Shown here: positions 16,844-20,942 of the stretch, piece after piece | Layout: each line of letters begins with the position of its first letter | Position numbering within the stretch: the stretch's first letter is position 1 | Source of the DNA: Candidatus Krumholzibacteriia bacterium | GTDB lineage: Bacteria > Krumholzibacteriota > Krumholzibacteriia > WVZY01 | DNA: 20,942 nucleotides | Assembly (NCBI GenBank): GCA_036478295.1 | Contig: JAZGDW010000307.1 | Span: 1 to 20,942 of the forward strand | Reading direction: 5' to 3' | The notes under the pieces: generated by a model | Database searches by the model: none | What the model saw: the letters and a program-made list of their open reading frames with translations, nothing else | What the model was told of the DNA's origin: nothing | Program-made: the position numbers and the translations under genes

Positions 16844-18124
16844 GCGCCCCAGGCTCGAAACTGCCGTGTGGATCGACGGCGGATCTCCGGGCACCGTCCA
16901 CGCCAAGTAGATTTTGTTCCCGGTGCGTGCCATCTGGGGAAAACCGGCGGCGCGCTCGCGGCTGGTTTGCGTGACAGCCATCGAAGGCTCGCTCGTGCCG
17001 TCCGGCTGGATGCGGCGAATGCGGATGTCGGCCGCGCCCTGATCCCCGAACTCCATCCAACTCACCAGCACCGAGCCATCGTCCAGCATCACCATATCGA
17101 CTCGGCCCAGGGGATCCCCGTCATCGACGGTGACAGGCGGGTCAAAGGTCTTTCCCTCATCTTTGGAAAAGGCGACTTTGACGCGCGCCGTTTCATTGGC
17201 GATAGTGAACCATGCCACGGCGACGCGTTTCTTTTGCGCTGCCACGGCGGGTCCGTTCACCGGGCAGCCGGCGATCTTCCATCCGTCTTCGAAAACCGTC
17301 ACGGGTTCCTGCCATTCGCCTTTGTAAAAACGCGCGATGGAAATGTCACGGATCTCGTTGGACGAACGGTCGCGGTAGGCGAAGACAGCACCGTTGGGAG
17401 TCCGGACCCCCGACGTCTGGCAGCAGTCGCATACGCGCTCGTCGAGACTGCGCTCTTCGTATAGCCGTCCCTCTCGGTCCATCAAGGCGGCGCGCAGCGT
17501 CAACTCGGCGCCGGGACCGCCGGGACCGTCCCCGTCGCCCTCGCCACTCTTTGCGGCCGCTGCGAACTTGCGCCCGTCGAGCCACGTGAGCAGCACGCGG
17601 TCGCCGCTCCACGGCAGCATCGTCACGAAGCCGTGCTCCGTTTTCGTTCCGTCGGTATGGGGCTTGAAGGCGTCACTCCAGCTCTTGCCACCGTCTTGCG
17701 AGTGCGCAATGTGGATATCGTACGCATAGGTGTCATCGCCGCTCTTCACCAGCCAGTGGGCGGACAACGCGCCGTCCGCGTCCGCCACCACAGATGGAAA
17801 ATCCGCCCAGTTGACGAACCAGTTGTCCCCGGTGGCGATGGTGCGGGGCTCGCTCCAGCGATCTCCTTCGCGCGTCGAGAACTTCAGGGTGTATCCATCG
17901 GAGGCGGTCTCGATCCAGCTCACGTACAGGCGGCCGTCGTCGCTGACGAAAAAGTTGGGTTCGCCGCTGCCCGGGCCCGCCGGCGAGGTGATTTCTTCGA
18001 ACGAGAGAACGAGCGGTGTCGGATCCTGGCGCTCGCAGCCGGCGCCCATTACAAGAAAAGCGGCCGCAAGAACACAAACCACCGAAGGGACCATAGAGCC
18101 CAAAAAACGTTTCATACGTACCAT
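16841..18124 (-). CDS. BNR/Asp-box (sialidase-like beta-propeller) lipoprotein with CDCC and GCP motifs
   Basis: Signal peptide with GAG-C. Asp-boxes SQDGGKSWS and SKDEGKTF, plus FVNWADFPS, TEHGFV, RVCDCCQT and WKIAGCPVNGP. ATG 18124 overlaps the upstream TGA; an alternative ATG lies at 18115. Confidence 0.85.
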   Translation of the reverse strand: MVRMKRFLGSMVPSVVCVLAAAFLVMGAGCERQDPTPLVLSFEEITSPAGPGSGEPNFFVSDDGRLYVSWIETASDGYTLKFSTREGDRWSEPRTIATGDNWFVNWADFPSVVADADGALSAHWLVKSGDDTYAYDIHIAHSQDGGKSWSDAFKPHTDGTKTEHGFVTMLPWSGDRVLLTWLDGRKFAAAAKSGEGDGDGPGGPGAELTLRAALMDREGRLYEERSLDERVCDCCQTSGVRTPNGAVFAYRDRSSNEIRDISIARFYKGEWQEPVTVFEDGWKIAGCPVNGPAVAAQKKRVAVAWFTIANETARVKVAFSKDEGKTFDPPVTVDDGDPLGRVDMVMLDDGSVLVSWMEFGDQGAADIRIRRIQPDGTSEPSMAVTQTSRERAAGFPQMARTGNKIYLAWTVPGDPPSIHTAVSSLGR

Positions 18125-19350
18125 CACTCCGTTCTCGAGGTTTGAAGGAAATAGTCCGCCAGTGTTCGTGCAAACGCCGCGTGCCCGGCAGGTGTCATAT
18201 GATCGTAGTACACTTCCCCGCCGCCTTCCAGCTCGGAGAGGAAAGCCCGTGAGGGATCCACGAAATCCACACCGCGCTCGCGGCACACGGAATCCATCCA
18301 CTGGGCCCAACTGTCCTGCTCGGCATACGGAAGCGCCATCTGTTGCAGGCGCGGGATGTACGCGACCACGAACTTTGAGCCCGAGCGCCGCACATCGGAT
18401 ATCCAGGTGTTCATAATACGGCTGCCCAGCTCGCGCGCATAGTCGGCCAGGGAGTCGGGCCACATCGACGGCGCGACCCCGGAGGCCGGGATGGTTCTCT
18501 TGTCGCTCTTTTCCGCCATGTGCCGTTCGGCTTCGGTGACCTTCAGCTTGATGCCCCGCCGCTTGAGCAGCCGCAGCCGGGTCTCGACCGTGCTCGCGAC
18601 CAGGGAATGGGCCCGCAGGTACTGGAGCGCCCGGTGATAGCGGCGGGTCTTGTGCTTGAAGCGCTCCCGGAACGTGTTATCCACCACAAAGCTGTCGCCT
18701 GCCAGACGGGCGTACGGCAGCTTGGCGACCCTCCTCACCTCGCGGATCTGATCGCCAAGGTCGTTCTCGACGAACACGTACACCACCCAATCCAGATCGA
18801 GTTTCTCTGTCCAGCGTCCGCTCTCGAGGTAACACTGGAGCGTACTGTTTCCGGAAAACCCGAGTGATATGCACTCGTATTCGGCGCCCGTATTCGCGCG
18901 GTTCAGGTGTTTCTCAATGCGGCGATAAAACGTCTCCTCGAACGCCACCTGGCGGGCTTCCGTGTAAGAGTCTCCAAAGAAACCGATACGGATTACACCA
19001 GGCACCCTGGGCACCGCGTGCTCGCGGTCGAGGTATCCCCAGGAATTGACGCTGCGGCGGGCGACGTCGTTGCGCTCGTTCCTGTAAATGTTGGTCGTGT
19101 TGGGATAGAAATGCCCGCCCGTCAATTCATCGTAATAAAAGGTGTTGTAACCGACACCTGGCACCGGTATGACACGCAGGAGCCCCTCGGCAATGCCCGC
19201 GGCCGCGAGGAACGCCGCTGCGACAACGGCCAGTGTGAAGAGCGCCTTCTTGCCCGCGGGCAAACCCTTGCCCCTGGTAGCGGCCCCGTCACGCGCTCCA
19301 CCCGTTCCGTGTGGTCCATCGGGGGATCTACGGCTGTGCGAAGTAGTCAA
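18124..19350 (-). CDS. Membrane-anchored SGNH hydrolase-family protein (paralog 2)
   Basis: TM helix, NSWGYLD, GFFGDSYTEA, LGFSG, FVEND and YYDHMTPAGH. The start codon is uncertain (TTG). Confidence 0.88.
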   Translation of the reverse strand: MTTSHSRRSPDGPHGTGGARDGAATRGKGLPAGKKALFTLAVVAAAFLAAAGIAEGLLRVIPVPGVGYNTFYYDELTGGHFYPNTTNIYRNERNDVARRSVNSWGYLDREHAVPRVPGVIRIGFFGDSYTEARQVAFEETFYRRIEKHLNRANTGAEYECISLGFSGNSTLQCYLESGRWTEKLDLDWVVYVFVENDLGDQIREVRRVAKLPYARLAGDSFVVDNTFRERFKHKTRRYHRALQYLRAHSLVASTVETRLRLLKRRGIKLKVTEAERHMAEKSDKRTIPASGVAPSMWPDSLADYARELGSRIMNTWISDVRRSGSKFVVAYIPRLQQMALPYAEQDSWAQWMDSVCRERGVDFVDPSRAFLSELEGGGEVYYDHMTPAGHAAFARTLADYFLQTSRTE

Positions 19351-20671
19351 CGAATGCGTCTCCCACCGCTTTGTGGCCGCTCTCTGTCAGGTGATCGTAG
19401 AAGACTTCCTCGCGGCGGGACATCGCTTCGAGCAGCCGCGGCGACGGGTCGATGAGGTAAACACCGTTTTGCTCGCACACGCCGGCGAGCCACGAGGCCC
19501 AGCTGTCCTGCTCTTCGTACGGCTTGCCCAGCTCGCGCGGGCGCGGCATGTAGAGAACTGCAAAACTTCTGCCGGCGGTCTTCACCTCGCCTGCCCACGT
19601 GCCAAGTACGCGCGCGCCGAGCGCCGCCGTTTGTGCGAGCAGCGTATCCGGCCACGCGGACGGCGGCGTCGTTGGGGCCGGTATTCCCGTCCGGGTCCCC
19701 GTGCCGGCCATGTCCATGTCCTCCGGGTCCACGCGCATTTTGACCCCTTCTTTCCCCAGCAGTTTGAGCCGCCCCACGATGGTGCTGATAACCAGCGAGT
19801 GCGATTTCACATATTGAAACATGCGGTGCAGCCTCTTCGCCTTGTATCCAAAGCGGTCACGAAAGGAAAAATCGATGTCGAACGAATCGCCTCTCGCAAC
19901 CGCGTACGGGATGCCGGGGCTGCGCTTGAGTTCGCGGACCTGGTCGCCGGGGTCGTTCTCGACAAACACGTACACCACCCAGTCGAGGTCGAACTTATCC
20001 ATCCAGGTGCGGCCTTCGAGATACGACTGCAGCGTGCTGTATCCAGAGATACCGAACGACATGCATTCGACGCGGGGTCTGTTGCCGCCGGCCGCGCTCG
20101 TGTCGTCACCCCCGGAGCGTGCACCGTCGCCGGCCGCGCTCGTGTCGTCACCCTCGGAGCGTGCGCTGTCGCCGGTCGCGCTCGTGTCGTCATCCCTGGA
20201 GCGTGCACCGTCGCCGGTCGCGGTTGCACCGGAGCGGGTGGCGCTCTCTCCCGCGCCAGCGCTCTCGCCGGCGCCAGCATTCAGGCGCCGTTCGATGACC
20301 TGGACAAAGCTATCCTCGATCCGCACCTGTTGCGCCTCGGTATACGAATCACCGAAGAAACCGATGCGGAGCACACCGGGACCCTTGGCCAACGCGCGCT
20401 CATAATCCATGAACCCCCACGAATTGATGTTTCTCCGTACGTAGTCGCCGCGCGCGCTGCGGTAGATGTTGGTCGTGTTCGGGTAATAACGGCCGCCGGT
20501 GATCGGGTTGTAATAATAGGAATGGTAGGAGATACCGGGGACGGGGACGATGCGCAGGAAGATTTCCGCGACGACCAGGGCCGCGACCACCGATACGCCG
20601 GTGATAATCAGCGCAAAGAGGAATTTCTTGCCCCTGCCGGGCTGCGGTTTCTGCGATTGGGTGGGTGGCAT
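19328..20671 (-). CDS. Membrane-anchored SGNH hydrolase-family protein (paralog 1) with a low-complexity repeat insertion
   Basis: TM helix, NSWGFMD, GFFGDSYTEA, FGISGY, FVEND and FYDHLTESGH. Colinear with paralog 2. Confidence 0.9.
   Translation of the reverse strand: MPPTQSQKPQPGRGKKFLFALIITGVSVVAALVVAEIFLRIVPVPGISYHSYYYNPITGGRYYPNTTNIYRSARGDYVRRNINSWGFMDYERALAKGPGVLRIGFFGDSYTEAQQVRIEDSFVQVIERRLNAGAGESAGAGESATRSGATATGDGARSRDDDTSATGDSARSEGDDTSAAGDGARSGGDDTSAAGGNRPRVECMSFGISGYSTLQSYLEGRTWMDKFDLDWVVYVFVENDPGDQVRELKRSPGIPYAVARGDSFDIDFSFRDRFGYKAKRLHRMFQYVKSHSLVISTIVGRLKLLGKEGVKMRVDPEDMDMAGTGTRTGIPAPTTPPSAWPDTLLAQTAALGARVLGTWAGEVKTAGRSFAVLYMPRPRELGKPYEEQDSWASWLAGVCEQNGVYLIDPSPRLLEAMSRREEVFYDHLTESGHKAVGDAFVDYFAQP
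20086..20222 (-). repeat. 42-bp in-frame tandem repeat (about 3.3 copies)
   Basis: Units start at 20086, 20128, 20170 and 20212 (partial). They encode ATGDGARSRDDDTS / ATGDSARSEGDDTS / AAGDGARSGGDDTS. An adjacent 18-bp duplication (AGAGES twice) lies at about 20241-20279. Confidence 0.95.
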
Positions 20672-20706
20672 CGTCTTGAGGATCGGCGGTTGTGCCAGGT
20701 CCCCTC

Positions 20707-20734
20707 ATTATATAGAATGAGTGCCGTGCTTCAA
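20707..20734 (-). promoter_or_regulatory. Sigma70-type promoter for the SGNH-SGNH-BNR operon
   Basis: On the minus strand: TTGAAG (20734-20729), a 16-bp spacer, then TATAAT (20712-20707). Confidence 0.55.
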
Positions 20735-20771
20735 TGACTAACTTGGCCCTACGAGTGAAGGAGTTGCTATA

Positions 20772-20942
20772 ATGAAGACCGCCCGCCTCTTATCGTTCGT
20801 GCTCGTGACACTTTTGTCCGCTGGGCTCGCGGGGCCGGACGCCGCATGTGCCCAGTCGAGCATTCCCTCTTACTACGACCATCTCCAATTCAACCTCACG
20901 TCTCCCACAGCACGGGCGGGCGCGATCGGCGGCTTCGCCAAC
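20772..20942 (+). CDS. N-terminus of a secreted protein (3'-truncated); possibly an S49/SppA-type or outer-membrane protein
   Basis: SD GAAGGAG, then an open frame to the window end: MKTARLLSFVLVTLLSAGLAGPDAACAQSSIPSYYDHLQFNLTSPTARAGAIGGFAN, with a Sec signal (ACA-Q). The product guess rests on recalled resemblance only. Confidence 0.65.
   Translation, partial: MKTARLLSFVLVTLLSAGLAGPDAACAQSSIPSYYDHLQFNLTSPTARAGAIGGFAN

Noticed and set aside
18125..18463. 113-aa N-terminal extension of the BNR protein given in the ORF track
   Set aside because: It overlaps the upstream SGNH gene, and the signal peptide begins at 18124/18115. Similar over-extensions were trimmed for the TPR, Cys-rich lipoprotein, transpeptidase and ABM genes.
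20086..20222. 42-bp repeats as a CRISPR array
   Set aside because: The units are contiguous with no unique spacers, are in-frame within a CDS, and no cas genes are present.
19169..20737. Long antisense ORFs (e.g. 19169..20737 +, 6299..7432 -, 14975..16075 -, 8490..9422 -)
   Set aside because: These are shadow frames of well-supported genes, expected in high-GC DNA, and carry no domain motifs.
20765..20774. TGCTATAAT extended -10 as the promoter of the last gene
   Set aside because: It overlaps the ATG itself and lies downstream of the SD, so it cannot drive that start.

Overview
GC-rich bacterial genomic window with no rRNA, tRNA, CRISPR array or transposase. The gene style (large Ig-like lipoproteins, Ser/Thr kinase-TolB-like-TPR fusion, many SGNH proteins) loosely suggests an uncultured diderm lineage such as Krumholzibacteriota, Latescibacterota or Gemmatimonadota; this is inference only. 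From left to right: (1) A partial ankyrin-repeat gene is coupled to an orphan family-5 solute-binding lipoprotein, a HAMP histidine kinase and a sigma54-dependent response regulator. These are followed by a TPR lipoprotein gene with a readable sigma54 promoter: two GTGTCC-N4-GGACAC palindromes, an AT-rich IHF-like tract and a GG-N10-GC box. This is the best candidate for an undescribed signalling system. (2) A 789-aa multidomain lipoprotein has its last 69 bp region duplicated 2.6 kb downstream, bracketing two minus-strand genes (a Cys-rich lipoprotein and a YkuD_2-type L,D-transpeptidase lacking a signal peptide) like an integrated islet. (3) A Ser/Thr kinase-TPR gene, an IsdG-like monooxygenase and an SGNH protein follow. 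(4) A convergent operon carries two paralogous SGNH proteins (one with a 42-bp tandem repeat insertion) and a BNR-like lipoprotein. (5) The window ends in the start of a secreted protein.
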